From the NCBI GenBank assembly GCA_965197645.1, contig OZ240219.1, positions 2,176,001 through 2,240,000 on the forward strand: a stretch of 64,000 nt of DNA, given 5' to 3'. The notes below the pieces were generated by a model. The model was not told the DNA's origin. It did no database searches and saw only the letters and a program-made list of their open reading frames with translations. A program made the translations under genes and the position numbers. Below, one piece after another: positions 39,569 to 51,261 of the stretch. Numbering within the stretch: the first letter of the stretch is position 1; each line of letters opens with the position of its first letter. The DNA comes from Dehalococcoidia bacterium. Its GTDB lineage: Bacteria; Chloroflexota; Dehalococcoidia; Plut-88900.

Positions 39569-40765
39569 TTAGCCGCTGCTCGGAATCAGCTGGCCCGGCC
39601 GCTCCAGGATCTGCTTGAGCCTGCGCAGGAAGCTGGCAGCCGGCGCCCCGTCCACCACTCGGTGGTCGATGGTCAGGCTGAGCGTGCCCATCTCTCTCAC
39701 TACGATTTCGTCACCCTGGACCACCGGTTTCTTCGCTATCCTACCCACGCCCAGGATGGCGGTCTGTCCCGTGTTCAGGATCGGGGTGAACCCGTCCACC
39801 GAGCCCAGGACGGTGAGGGTGAATGTCCCGCCGGCCATGTGGTCGGGCAGGAGCTTGCCGTTCTGCGCCTTATCGACCAGCGCTATCCGCTCTTCCGCCA
39901 GCCCGATGACGTCTTTCCCGTTCACGTCCTTGATCACCGGGACGACCAGCCCGTCGTCGAGGGCCACCGCCAGCCCGATATTGACCTGGCTATAGTAGTG
40001 GATACTCCCATCGACCATTGCCGAGTTGAGCTTCGGGTGCCTTTGGAGGGCCTCTCCGCAGGCTTTCATGAAGAAGTCCGCCGTCGAGAGGGTCACGCCG
40101 CTCTTCTGGGACCCCTCTTTGCGCAGTGCGCCAGCATCGGTCATGTCCACGTCCAGGTGGAGGGTCAGCTGGGCCGTATTGGCCAGGCTCGAGTGCATGC
40201 GCTCGGCTATGATCTTGCGCATGCCCTGCACCGGCGACACCTCCGAGGGCTCCGGCATCCCTGGCATGGCGGGCGTCGACCGTCCGGCCCCTTTCTGCTC
40301 GGCGTAAGCGCGAACGTCGGACTCGGTAATCCTACCGCCGGTTCGGGCCGGCGGCACCTGGGCTATGTCGATATCCAGCTTGGCAGCCAGCCTTCGAGCG
40401 CTGGGCGCCGCTCGGACTCCTTCCGCTGCAGGCGCCGACCGTGAAGCCGATGCCGCGCTGGAGGCGGGCGTCGCCTGTGATGCGGCTGCGGGTGGGCTGC
40501 TGGGTTTGGGTACCTCGGGAGCCGGTTCTCCTTCCGCCAGCAGAAAGGCTATCAGCCCCTCGACGGGCACAACATCGCCCTCCTGGGCTACGGGATGAAA
40601 CAGGCCCACATTCGGGGCTTCGAGCTCGTAGGTGATCTTCTCCGTGGTTATCTCGGCCAGCGGCTCACCCAGGCTCACTGATTCCCCGGCATTCTTGTGC
40701 CACTTCGCCAGGGTCCCCTCGGTCATTATCATGCCCAGGTGGGGCATGCGGATCTCCGTGGCCAT
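39569..40765 (-). CDS. Dihydrolipoamide acyltransferase (E2)
   Basis: Lipoyl TEK motif, PSARRLA binding domain and DHRVVDG catalytic motif. Confidence 0.93.
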   Translation of the reverse strand: MATEIRMPHLGMIMTEGTLAKWHKNAGESVSLGEPLAEITTEKITYELEAPNVGLFHPVAQEGDVVPVEGLIAFLLAEGEPAPEVPKPSSPPAAASQATPASSAASASRSAPAAEGVRAAPSARRLAAKLDIDIAQVPPARTGGRITESDVRAYAEQKGAGRSTPAMPGMPEPSEVSPVQGMRKIIAERMHSSLANTAQLTLHLDVDMTDAGALRKEGSQKSGVTLSTADFFMKACGEALQRHPKLNSAMVDGSIHYYSQVNIGLAVALDDGLVVPVIKDVNGKDVIGLAEERIALVDKAQNGKLLPDHMAGGTFTLTVLGSVDGFTPILNTGQTAILGVGRIAKKPVVQGDEIVVREMGTLSLTIDHRVVDGAPAASFLRRLKQILERPGQLIPSSG

Positions 40766-40768
40766 GCC

Positions 40769-41836
<1,068 letters not shown>

Positions 41837-41860
41837 CGTCCTGTCCTGGGGGATTCTGCT

Positions 41861-42847
41861 CTACCGGTAGTTGACGTAAACATCGTTCATCAGCTCTTCG
41901 GGCTCCGGCCAGGAGCTCTCGTCGGCGTACTTCACCGCCGCGTCTATCCTCTCCAGGACGTCCTCGTCGATCTTCTCCAGCTCGTCCCTGGTGATCTCTC
42001 CGCTCTCCAGCACGTGGATTTTGAAGGTCTCTATGCAGTCCTTGCTGCGGTAGTGGTCCTCCTCTTCCTTAGTCCGGTAGCCCAGCGGATTGTCGGCGCC
42101 GAAGTGTCCGTAGTATCGATAGGTCTGGGCCTCTATGACGGTTGGCCCTTCGCCGGCGCGGGCTCGTCTCACTGCCTCCTTGCAGACCTTGTACATTTCG
42201 ACTGTGTCCTGACCGTCGACGTGCACCCCCGGCATCCCGTAGCCCGCTCCCCGGGCGCTCACCGAGCCCCCGGCCAGCGAGTACTCCACCGGAGTGGCCT
42301 CGGCGTACCCGTTGTTTTCGCAGATGAAGATCACCCCCAGCTTCCAGATGGAGGCCAGGTTCATCGATTCGTGGAGGGCGCCCTGGTTCGCTCCGCCGTC
42401 CCCGAAGAAAACTACGGCAACCTGATCGGTGCCCCGGACCTTGGCGCTCAGGGCTGCGCCGGTGGCCACCGGCACGTTGGAGGCGATGACGCCGTTGGCG
42501 CCCAGCATGCCGACGTCCAGGTCGGCGATGTGCATCGTGCCTCCCTTGCCCTTGTTTGTACCCGTGGCCTTGCCCATCAGCTCGGCCATCATCTTGTTGG
42601 GGTCTACACCTTTGGCCAGGCAGTGATGGTGGCTGCGATGATTCCCCAGCACGTAGTCATCGGGTCTCAGGTGGGTGCATATCCCTGCCGCTACCGATTC
42701 CTGTCCCACCGACGAGTGGATGCCGCCTATCGGTTTCCCCGAGTCGGCCTCCCTATTTGCCCTCTCCTCGAACTGGCGTATGGTGGCCATGGTCTTGTAA
42801 AGCCACAGCATCTCATCTCTATTCGGGGCGTTTTCCGGGTTCGCCAT
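41861..42847 (-). CDS. TPP-dependent dehydrogenase E1 alpha subunit (AcoA/PdhA-like)
   Basis: GKGGTMH, GDGGANQG...ENN and YRYYGH motifs. Confidence 0.93.
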   Translation of the reverse strand: MANPENAPNRDEMLWLYKTMATIRQFEERANREADSGKPIGGIHSSVGQESVAAGICTHLRPDDYVLGNHRSHHHCLAKGVDPNKMMAELMGKATGTNKGKGGTMHIADLDVGMLGANGVIASNVPVATGAALSAKVRGTDQVAVVFFGDGGANQGALHESMNLASIWKLGVIFICENNGYAEATPVEYSLAGGSVSARGAGYGMPGVHVDGQDTVEMYKVCKEAVRRARAGEGPTVIEAQTYRYYGHFGADNPLGYRTKEEEDHYRSKDCIETFKIHVLESGEITRDELEKIDEDVLERIDAAVKYADESSWPEPEELMNDVYVNYR

Positions 42848-43087
42848 TGAATTCCTCCCCTGGGCCGGCTAAACCGCCGAAGACGATGCCACCCTTTGCC
42901 GCGTGCTCGCCTTTTGCAGCATACTGGGATTCTGTGGGGGTTGGGGTGTCATCGTGAGTGTAAATTGGGGGCTGCCTACCTGTCAACGCTGGGCGCGCTC
43001 TACCCAGCTTTGGAGAATTGGACTCAGTCGAGTCAACTGGTACTCTATGGGCGCTCACCAGTCGGCCCCGAAGGAGGCGTTTTCACA

Positions 43088-43960
43088 ATGAATGTGCAAG
43101 AGGGCTTTATCGACGTGACCGGAGGCAAAGTCTGGTATCGGATCGCCGGTTCGGGCGGCTCGGTCCCTCTAATGGTGCTCCACGGAGGACCGGGCTACCC
43201 CCACGACGATCTGGAAGCCCTCGACCCGCTCTCCGACCAGCGGCCCGTCGTCTACTACGATCAGCTCGGTTGCGGCAGATCGGACCGCCCGGACGATCTG
43301 TCCCTTTGGAAGGCGCCGCGTTTCGTAGAAGAGCTGGGCCGGGTGCGGAGCGCCCTGGGCTTGGATAGAGTCCACATTCTCGGCCACTCCTGGGGCAGCA
43401 TGCTCGCCACCGATTACGCCTTGACCCAGCCTGAAGGCCTGGTGGCTCTGATTCTCGCCAGCCCGCCGATAAGCGTTCCCCGCTGGCTTGAAGATGCGGA
43501 AAAGCTCAAGGCCACTCTGCCGGTGGAGGTGCAGGAGGCCATCGCCAAACACGAGGCCGCCGGCACCGTGGACTCCCAAGAGTATCAGGGCGCTACTAAA
43601 GAGTTCAACAAGCGGTTCGTCTGCCGCCTCGACCCGTTGCCCGAGGTCATGGTCAAAGCGGAAGCGAGCTTCGGTAAAGTGGTCTACGAGACCATGTGGG
43701 GCCCCACCGAGTTCTACATGACCGGCAACCTGGCCGACTATGATCGCACCGGCCGGCTGAAGGAGATCAAGGCGCCCACCCTCTTCACCTGCGGCCGGTA
43801 CGACGAGGCTACCCCGGAGTCGACGGCCTGGTACCACAGCCTGCTTCCCGGATCGGAGATCGCCATCCTGGAGCACAGCGCCCATATGACCCACCTGGAG
43901 GAGACCGAGCGATACATCGGGATAGTCCGCAATTTCCTGGACCGCGCAGAGGCCGGGTAG
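43088..43960 (+). CDS. Proline iminopeptidase-family alpha/beta hydrolase
   Basis: HGGPG, YDQLGCGRS and GHSWG; AGGAGG before ATG 43088. Confidence 0.9.
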   Translation: MNVQEGFIDVTGGKVWYRIAGSGGSVPLMVLHGGPGYPHDDLEALDPLSDQRPVVYYDQLGCGRSDRPDDLSLWKAPRFVEELGRVRSALGLDRVHILGHSWGSMLATDYALTQPEGLVALILASPPISVPRWLEDAEKLKATLPVEVQEAIAKHEAAGTVDSQEYQGATKEFNKRFVCRLDPLPEVMVKAEASFGKVVYETMWGPTEFYMTGNLADYDRTGRLKEIKAPTLFTCGRYDEATPESTAWYHSLLPGSEIAILEHSAHMTHLEETERYIGIVRNFLDRAEAG

Positions 43961-44056
43961 CATCCCCCGGTTATTGACCAGATATTGACCGCAGGCCCGT
44001 TGGCGTATAGAATGCCGGCAACGGGTTCGAAGGCGAAAAAGCAAAGGAGACCGTAC

Positions 44057-45412
44057 ATGGTGACCCAGAACTACGAAGAGCTAAAACAGATCGCGAAGGA
44101 CAACTTCTGGCCCCACTCCCAACAGGTTAGCGAGTTCGACGACGAGGGAGGCCTGCAGGTTATCACCAAGGGAGAGGGAGTCTGGGTGGAGGACGTTAGC
44201 GGAAACAGGTACGTCGACGTTCTCTCCGGCATGTGGCTCGTCAACATCGGCTACGGTCGCAAGGAAGTGGCCCAGGCAGCGGCGGAGCAGATCGGCACGG
44301 TGCACTATTCGCCCGAGAACACGACCAACATCCCGGCCTTGACACTTTCCAAGAAGGTGGCATCGCTGTCCAAGGACCCCAAGAGCCGGGTGTTCTTCGT
44401 AAGCGGCGGCTCCGAGGCGGTCGAAACCGCCCTCCAGATGGCTCGCAGATATCATTCCATCAGGGGTGAACCGGGCCGGTTCAAGTTCATAAGCAGAAAG
44501 GACTCCTATCACGGCGCCACCTTCGGATGCATGGGCCTGGGCGGATACAAGGGCACCGCAGAGTTCGGTCCGCTGGTGCCGGGCGGCAACGTCCACGTGA
44601 CCCAGCCTTATCCTTACCGTTGCCAGTACTGCAGCGACAAAGGCGGTTGCAACCTGGAGTGCGCCAGGGACGTTGAGCGGGCCATCGAGCACGAAGGTAA
44701 GGAGACGATAGCCGCCATGATCGGCGAGCCCATCTCCACCGTGAGCACCGAGGCGCCCCACAAAGACTACTGGCCGATGATACGAGAGATATGCGACAAG
44801 AACGGCGTTCTGCTGATCGCCGATGAGGTGATCACGGGCTTCGGCCGCACGGGTAAGATGCTCGGCCAGGAGCACTGGGACTACGTCCCCGACATCACCA
44901 CCATGGCCAAGGGTCTCTCCAGCGGATACGTACCCATCGGCGCCACCATGGCCCGAAAAGAGATAGCTGACGAGTTCGTCGGTAGCGAAGATAAGACCTT
45001 CCACCACCTGTTTACTTTCGGTGGCCACCCCGGCGCCATGGCCGCTGCGCTGAAGAACCTGGAGATCATGGAAGGCGAGGGGATGGTGGAGAACAGCGCC
45101 GCCATGGGCCAGTACCTCTACGACCAGCTCCAGACCCTGTACGAGCACGAGATCGTCGGTAACATAACGGGCGGAGTTGGACTGCTCGCATCGGTGGAGC
45201 TGGTGAAGGACCGGGCCACCAAGGAGAAGTTCCCGCAAGAGCTGAAGCTTGGCGACAAGCTGACGGAAGGTTTCCTCAAGAGAGGAATCCTGACCAGGCA
45301 GCGGGGCGAGATGATCTTCCTCAGCCCGCCCCTGTGCATCACCCGCGATGAGGTTGATCACATAGTCAAGGGCCTCAACGAGTCGATATCCGACGCTGCC
45401 GCTACCCTATAG
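44057..45412 (+). CDS. Class III PLP-dependent aminotransferase
   Basis: SGGSEA, SYHG, DEVITGFGRTG and AKGL motifs. Confidence 0.93.
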   Translation: MVTQNYEELKQIAKDNFWPHSQQVSEFDDEGGLQVITKGEGVWVEDVSGNRYVDVLSGMWLVNIGYGRKEVAQAAAEQIGTVHYSPENTTNIPALTLSKKVASLSKDPKSRVFFVSGGSEAVETALQMARRYHSIRGEPGRFKFISRKDSYHGATFGCMGLGGYKGTAEFGPLVPGGNVHVTQPYPYRCQYCSDKGGCNLECARDVERAIEHEGKETIAAMIGEPISTVSTEAPHKDYWPMIREICDKNGVLLIADEVITGFGRTGKMLGQEHWDYVPDITTMAKGLSSGYVPIGATMARKEIADEFVGSEDKTFHHLFTFGGHPGAMAAALKNLEIMEGEGMVENSAAMGQYLYDQLQTLYEHEIVGNITGGVGLLASVELVKDRATKEKFPQELKLGDKLTEGFLKRGILTRQRGEMIFLSPPLCITRDEVDHIVKGLNESISDAAATL

Positions 45413-45458
45413 TAGCCGTAACGTAACGCCGGGCCTCGGCTCGAGTACCTGGCAAACA

Positions 45459-45496
45459 ATCGGCCTCCAGGAGACATCCTGGAGGCCGATGCTTTT
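45459..45496. terminator. Intrinsic terminator
   Basis: 14-bp stem ATCGGCCTCCAGGA/TCCTGGAGGCCGAT followed by GCTTTT. Confidence 0.75.
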
Positions 45497-45597
45497 CCGG
45501 CGCCAATTCAGGCTGGAGGTAGCTTCCAGTTGGCCGGTATCGTTCGGGCGGTGTTGTGGCCGAAGTCCCCGTCACTCCCCCACGCCGATGAGCCCCG

Positions 45598-47274
45598 CTA
45601 GCTGAGGACGTATCTTCGATTTAGCGCCACTTGATCAACGGCCTCCGAGGTCACGATTGCCCCGTCCACCGATACCTCATACGTGTCCAGGTTCACGTCT
45701 ATGTCGGGGCTGAGGCTGTTGTGCAGCATGTGACGCTTGGATACCCCGCGGACGTTCCTGACGGGCAGCAGCTGGCGCCGGCTGCCCAGTTTGCCTTCCA
45801 ACCCCTCCTCCATCGATGCCTGGGAGACGAAGAAAGCGCTCAGCCTGGCGGGAGCATGTCCCAACCCGCCGAAGGAGGGGCCGTAGATCACGGGCTCGCA
45901 GCTCCTGATCGATCCGTTACCCTCGCCGAGGACGGACCAAGATGCGAATCCCGCCTTGATCACCACCTCCGGCTTGACGCCGAAGAACCGAGGGTCCCAC
46001 AGCACAATGTCGGCCATCTTGCCCTTTTCCAGCGACCCGACGTAGTCCGAAATCCCGTGGGTCACCGCCGGGTTGATAGTGTACTTGGCGATGTACCGGA
46101 GGATCCGATCGTTGTCGTGCTCGGTATCGTCGGCGCCGCGTTCCTGCTTCATCTTGTGGGCTAGCTGCCAGGTCCGGGAGATCACTTCACCGATGCGCCC
46201 GAAGCCCTGGGAGTCGGAGTTGATGATGGGAATGGCGCCGACGTCGTTGAGATAGTTCTCGGCGGCCATGGTGCCGTGTCGGATGAGGCCATCTCTCGTC
46301 GCCACGTCCTCGGGCAGATTCAGATCCAGGTCGTGGACCGGGCCGGCGGTCATCATGCTTTCCACGTAGGTGCCGGCGGTGTAGGGGAGGGTGGGGTTCG
46401 TAGACGACGTTACCATGCTATCGATACCGGCTATCCTGATCAGGTCCGGCGCATGCCCTCCTCCCGAACCCTCGATGTGGTACACGTGGACTGCGCGCCC
46501 GCCCACGGCATCTATCGTGTCCGCGAGCTGCATGGACTCGTGGAGACCATCGGTGTGGAGGGCCACGGAGACGTCATACTCGTCGGCGACGGTCAAGCAG
46601 CCATCAACGATGTATGGGAAAGTGCCCGAGTACTCGTGGATCTTGAGCCCGCAAGCGCCGTCTTCTATGACCCTGGCCAGCGGCTCCCGGTGGCTTTGCG
46701 CCCCTCTGCCCTGCACGCCCAGGTTTACCGGCAGCTCCTCGAACGCCTGGAAGTAGGTGTGTATCACCGAAGCGTTGTTGGTGTTGTGACCTGCGCCGAT
46801 CAACGTGGTCAGCCCTGACGTGAGGGCCGCCTTCATCTGGGATGGCGCATAGTAGATGTGGACGTGGGTATCTATCCCTCCGGCCGTCGCTATCAGCTTG
46901 TTGCCGGGATGGATGACCGTGTTGGGCCCCACCTCCAAGTCTATATCGTCCACGATGTCGGGGTTGCCGGAGCGACCGACGCCCGCTATCAACCCGTCCT
47001 TCACCCCGATGTCTCCCTTGAAGATTCCCAGCACCGGATCGATTATCAACACGTGGCTGATGAGGAGGTCCAGCTCGCTGTCCCCGGGCGATCGGTAGCC
47101 GTACATCATACCGGTCCGCATCGTCTTGCCCCATCCCCTCAGCACTTCATCCCCGTAGGAGGTGTAGTCGGCTTCGACCTTTGCTATCAGGTCGGTATCG
47201 CCGAGCCTTACCCGGTCGCCTGCGGCGGGCCCGTACAGAGTGTTGTATCTGGTCCGATCCATCTCGAACGACAT
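45598..47274 (-). CDS. ureC: Urease alpha-subunit homolog (divergent, orphan)
   Basis: GGIDTHVH, LKIHE, HTD, HIEGSGGGHAPD, SSTNPT, SDSQ..GRIGE and YTINPA motifs. Confidence 0.85.
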   Translation of the reverse strand: MSFEMDRTRYNTLYGPAAGDRVRLGDTDLIAKVEADYTSYGDEVLRGWGKTMRTGMMYGYRSPGDSELDLLISHVLIIDPVLGIFKGDIGVKDGLIAGVGRSGNPDIVDDIDLEVGPNTVIHPGNKLIATAGGIDTHVHIYYAPSQMKAALTSGLTTLIGAGHNTNNASVIHTYFQAFEELPVNLGVQGRGAQSHREPLARVIEDGACGLKIHEYSGTFPYIVDGCLTVADEYDVSVALHTDGLHESMQLADTIDAVGGRAVHVYHIEGSGGGHAPDLIRIAGIDSMVTSSTNPTLPYTAGTYVESMMTAGPVHDLDLNLPEDVATRDGLIRHGTMAAENYLNDVGAIPIINSDSQGFGRIGEVISRTWQLAHKMKQERGADDTEHDNDRILRYIAKYTINPAVTHGISDYVGSLEKGKMADIVLWDPRFFGVKPEVVIKAGFASWSVLGEGNGSIRSCEPVIYGPSFGGLGHAPARLSAFFVSQASMEEGLEGKLGSRRQLLPVRNVRGVSKRHMLHNSLSPDIDVNLDTYEVSVDGAIVTSEAVDQVALNRRYVLS

Positions 47275-47444
47275 TGAGAGTCCTTTCAGCCGGCTCGGTG
47301 GGAACGACGGCTCAGATTATACATCCATTGAGAGAGCAATCTAGGCGCGGCCGTGTGCTACAATACGTCGCTGCCACCCAACGTCAGCTGCTGGACCAAC
47401 GCCCGTGAGGTCTGGTCTCGCTCCGGCAGTAACGAGGTCTCGAA

Positions 47445-48260
47445 ATGGGTTTCAATACGATAAAGCTGGACAAGAGCGACCGGGTCGCCGTCATCACCCT
47501 TGACCGGCCGGAGAAGATGAACGCCCTCAGCGGGGAGCTGCTGGGCGAGCTGGACCAGGCCTTCGATGACGTTCACGCCGACCAGGATGTCAACGTGCTG
47601 GTGGTGACCGGCAACGGCAGGGCCTTTTCCGCCGGTTTCGACCTTACCCCGGGCGGCGCCAGGCCGGAGCGACCGGCCACCGCAGATTGGGACTCGACCC
47701 ACCTGGCCCCTCGCATACTGATGAAGCTGTGGAACATCCGCCAGCCCACCATCAGCGCCGTAAATGGCTATGCCCTGGCGGCGGGCAACGTTCTCGCCAT
47801 GTCCGCGGATATCGTCATAGCTTCCGAGGAGGCCAAGTTCGGGGAGCCCGAGATTCGACACGTCGCCCACTCTCCCGCCGTGCTCCTTCCCTTCATGATC
47901 CCCCTAAGGCATCTCCACTGGCTCTACTACACCGGCGACATGATAGATGCCAGGACGGCGGAAAAGTGGAACATGGTGAACCTGGTGGTCCCCCACGACC
48001 GGCTCATGGAGGAGACCCTGAAGGTAGCCGAACGGATAGCTAAGGTGCCGCCCTACGCCACCCAGATGATGAAGCGCAGCATCAAGAGCGCCTACGACAA
48101 GATGGGCTTCACCGAGGCCTTCGAGCACCACTTGATGCTGAGAATGATCGAGAACACCGCTAGTCACGTACCCGAGCGCCAGGCTTTGGACATCATCCGG
48201 CAGGAGCAGGGCCTAAAGGCGTTCCTTGAGGCCCGCGACGGCCCGTTCAGGGAAGAGTAG
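47445..48260 (+). CDS. Enoyl-CoA hydratase/isomerase (crotonase) family protein
   Basis: RPEKMNA, FSAGFDL, AVNG and FGEPE motifs. Confidence 0.9.
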   Translation: MGFNTIKLDKSDRVAVITLDRPEKMNALSGELLGELDQAFDDVHADQDVNVLVVTGNGRAFSAGFDLTPGGARPERPATADWDSTHLAPRILMKLWNIRQPTISAVNGYALAAGNVLAMSADIVIASEEAKFGEPEIRHVAHSPAVLLPFMIPLRHLHWLYYTGDMIDARTAEKWNMVNLVVPHDRLMEETLKVAERIAKVPPYATQMMKRSIKSAYDKMGFTEAFEHHLMLRMIENTASHVPERQALDIIRQEQGLKAFLEARDGPFREE

Positions 48261-48267
48261 GAGCTAC

Positions 48268-48669
48268 ATGATTGACCAGAAGACCGAACAGTTTTTGAAG
48301 CGCACACTCGTTGCGGTAATCGGCACCATTGATGCGCATGGCCGGCCTCGAACAGCGCCCATCTGGTACCACTGGGAGGATGGGGCCGCCTACATGTTCA
48401 CCGATCGCAGCACGCTGAAATGGCGCAACATTCTGCGAAATCCCCAAGCATCCCTGTGTATAGACGACCGTAATCCGCCGTACAAGCTGGTATCGATGGA
48501 TGGCCCGGTGGAGGAGGTGGACAGGTCCGTCTACCAGCTGATAAAGGGCATGGCTTTGAGGTACTACGGCGAGAAGGAAGGGCAGGCCTTCGCCGACAAC
48601 TACAAGGACGAGCCGGAGAACGTGGTGGCGTTCAAGCTGACGCCCCGGCACGTAAACGCCGAGCTGTAG
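48268..48669 (+). CDS. PPOX-class F420-dependent oxidoreductase
   Basis: GRPRTAPIW and K.RNILRNP motifs; start at ATG 48268. Confidence 0.85.
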   Translation: MIDQKTEQFLKRTLVAVIGTIDAHGRPRTAPIWYHWEDGAAYMFTDRSTLKWRNILRNPQASLCIDDRNPPYKLVSMDGPVEEVDRSVYQLIKGMALRYYGEKEGQAFADNYKDEPENVVAFKLTPRHVNAEL

Positions 48670-48671
48670 CG

Positions 48672-49724
48672 CTATCCGGCAACCAGGTCGGGACGGCAGG
48701 CCCTCATTGTTGCCAGCACGCCGCCCAATCCCCGCCGTGCCGCCACCACCCGGACCATAGCGATGTCCAGCCCTTGGGACAGACTTCGGAACGCCTGGGC
48801 GGCCCCTTCCGCCTTGCCGAAGTAGCCCACCTTCAGCAGCATATCTGCCGGGAAGGCGTCGGCCAGCTCATCGGGGGATGCATCGTTCTCTCGCATCCTG
48901 TCCAGGTTGGCCAGCGCTTTACCGAATCCCATCCGCTCGAAGTGGGCGCGGTATCCCAGGGACCGGCTTTTGGCTGAGGCCCCCTTAGGCCCTAGGGCGT
49001 AGTCCATAGTCGCCTTAGCGAAGGCCCTCCGAGCCGTATCCACGTCGTCGTCAATACAGACCCGGATGTACTCGGCTACCTTGATGTCTTCAGGGTCCCG
49101 GCCTGCGGTGCTTGCGCCCTCAGTGATGCGCTCCCTGCTCCAGGCGATCTGATCCGGGGTGCACCAGTTGAGGGCCAGCCCGTCGGCCACCTCACCGCCC
49201 AGGCGCAGCATCTTCGGTCCGAGGGCGCCGAGATATACCGGTGTGTTGGGCGTGGGACGAATGAACAGGCTGACCCCGTTCAGCTTGACGCTGGGCCCGT
49301 CGTGGGTGACCTCCTCACCAGCTACTAGCCTGCGGATAGTGGTAACGTAGTCTCTCATCACGTCCAGTGAGGAGACGGCAGGGAGCCCGAACTGCCTTCG
49401 GCCGCCCGGTGTGTATATCCCTCCCGATCCGATGCCCATGATGAAGCGTCCTCCGGTCATCGCGCTCAGCGTGCCCCCGCTCATGGCGAGGCTAAGCGGG
49501 GTGCGAGTGGCCACGGGCGAAACGGAGATGCCCGTCGTCAGCCCGTCGGGGACGACCTCCCTGGTTGCCGCCCATCTGTGAGCACAGACCTGGAAAGAGT
49601 CGTGCCCGGTGCCTTCGGGGGTCCAGATGCTGGTGTAGCCGAGTCTGGCCGCCTCCTTCGAGGCCTCTGCTTCTTCGTCGAAGGAGAGGCGGAGAGTAGG
49701 GTCCAGACCGACGCCTATTTCCAT
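48672..49724 (-). CDS. LLM-class flavin-dependent oxidoreductase
   Basis: WTPE, GGRFIMGIGSG and ALGPKML motifs. Confidence 0.88.
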   Translation of the reverse strand: MEIGVGLDPTLRLSFDEEAEASKEAARLGYTSIWTPEGTGHDSFQVCAHRWAATREVVPDGLTTGISVSPVATRTPLSLAMSGGTLSAMTGGRFIMGIGSGGIYTPGGRRQFGLPAVSSLDVMRDYVTTIRRLVAGEEVTHDGPSVKLNGVSLFIRPTPNTPVYLGALGPKMLRLGGEVADGLALNWCTPDQIAWSRERITEGASTAGRDPEDIKVAEYIRVCIDDDVDTARRAFAKATMDYALGPKGASAKSRSLGYRAHFERMGFGKALANLDRMRENDASPDELADAFPADMLLKVGYFGKAEGAAQAFRSLSQGLDIAMVRVVAARRGLGGVLATMRACRPDLVAG

Positions 49725-49883
49725 GGGATTGTTCCTTCCATTTTCGCTCGATAGTATCAGCCGCCGGCTACTAATTCAATGATCCGTCCCCAACCCCTAC
49801 CGCTTGATCGGTCTCTCTTAGAGGTGGTAGCGCTGGCTCGTCTTGGGGAGATCAATGGAGGTGCCGTCAATCCGCCTCGCTCT

Positions 49884-51227
49884 TTAGCCGACTCCGGCAA
49901 GGGTTGGAGCGCCCGTTGTAGACGACCCCGGATGGCCCGGCATGCCATGCATCGGGCAGCCGATACAGCCACGGGCGGCCCCGCATGGCGCCGTTGAGGG
50001 TGCCGTTGGGTCCGGGGTATCCGCGGCCTGTTCCCTCGGCTCATTCTCTCGGAACAAGTCCAACCGTAGCTGCTTCGCTTTCGGAGGCCGGTGGCCGGGG
50101 AAGACGAGGAACGGCCATGCCCGCTTCTTGATCACACCCATCAGCTGCAGGTCACGCCACGCATCGATGCTATGCTGCTTCCGGTTCTTCACGATCCGGT
50201 CGACGGCGGTAGGCCCCACCCCCGGCACCCTCAGAAGCTGCTCCCTGCCGGAGGAGTTCACGTCCAGGGGGAAAGCCTCCAGGTTCTCCGTGGCGATGGT
50301 GGTCTTCGGGTCCTGGTCCATCGAAAGGTACCCGGATCCGTCGAAGGCCTGCTCTATCTCATCGTTGGAGAACCGGTATATCCTCTTCAGCCAGTCCATC
50401 TGGTAGAGACGGTGGGAGCGGGTCATCGATGTTGCTGGATGCTCCTCCAGGGGAGTGTGGCGTACCGGCTGAAAGTTGGCGTAGTAGGCTCGTTTCAGGT
50501 TCCACTCACCGTAGAGCTGGTCTATCCGACGGAATATCTCCCGGTCGGATTCGTTGGCAGCGCCCACGACGAACTGGGTGGCCTGGCCCACGGCGCCTCC
50601 TGACGCGGCGTGGGTTAGGTCGTTGATCCACTCCATCGGAGCCAGGATGTCCCGCTGCAAGTCCTTCATTTTGCTCAGCACTTTCATCTTCTCCACGGTG
50701 GGAGTCTCGATGTTGACCGAAAGGCGAGTCCCTAGCCGGTGGGCCGCCTCGACGTACTGATACTCGGTGCCGGGCATCACCTTCAGGTGAATGTAGCCCT
50801 TGAACCCGTATCTGTGGCGGATGATCTCCACCACGTCGATGAGCTTTGCCGTGGTCTTCGAGCCGCTGCCCGCCACCCCGGAGCTAAGAAACAATCCGTC
50901 GACAGTGTGGCGGCTCTGGAGCTCCATGAAGGCGCCGGCCAGCTCCTCCCTCTTGAAGGCGAACCGTTTCCTCGGCACCCAGTGGCTGTTGGGACAGAAA
51001 TGGCAGTCCATCTTGCAGAAATCGGTAAACATCACCCTCATGAGGCTGATGGTCTTGCCGTTGGGCATAGAGGCCTTGTAAACGCCGGGCAGCGGGTTCT
51101 TCTTCGGGTCGGAGTAGGGCCTGCGCTCCCGCGGCCGGGATGGCTGCTGGGATAGCATATCGTCACTGGCCATTCCGCCCAGTATCTGAAGCTTCTCGTA
51201 GGTATCGGGAGTGCGCCTGATCAACAT
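49884..51227 (-). CDS. Putative DNA modification/repair radical SAM protein with HhH domain
   Basis: CKMDCHFC, GLFLSSG, YIHLK, RLSVNIE, RLYQ.DWL and LLRVPGVG motifs. Confidence 0.9.
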   Translation of the reverse strand: MLIRRTPDTYEKLQILGGMASDDMLSQQPSRPRERRPYSDPKKNPLPGVYKASMPNGKTISLMRVMFTDFCKMDCHFCPNSHWVPRKRFAFKREELAGAFMELQSRHTVDGLFLSSGVAGSGSKTTAKLIDVVEIIRHRYGFKGYIHLKVMPGTEYQYVEAAHRLGTRLSVNIETPTVEKMKVLSKMKDLQRDILAPMEWINDLTHAASGGAVGQATQFVVGAANESDREIFRRIDQLYGEWNLKRAYYANFQPVRHTPLEEHPATSMTRSHRLYQMDWLKRIYRFSNDEIEQAFDGSGYLSMDQDPKTTIATENLEAFPLDVNSSGREQLLRVPGVGPTAVDRIVKNRKQHSIDAWRDLQLMGVIKKRAWPFLVFPGHRPPKAKQLRLDLFRENEPREQAADTPDPTAPSTAPCGAARGCIGCPMHGMPGHPGSSTTGAPTLAGVG

Positions 51228-51247
51228 TGCCGTGACTCCTTTACAGT

Positions 51248-51261
51248 AGAACGTATGTTCT
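51248..51261. promoter_or_regulatory. LexA (SOS) box, GAAC-N4-GTTC type
   Basis: AGAACGTATGTTCT between a minus-strand TTGACA (51278..51283) and the RBS of the radical SAM gene. Confidence 0.8.

Noticed and set aside
44081-45361. Long antisense ORFs (also 19042..20262, 2738..3757, 17543..18664)
   Set aside because: Typical stop-poor antisense frames of high-GC genes; the opposite strand has clear family motifs.
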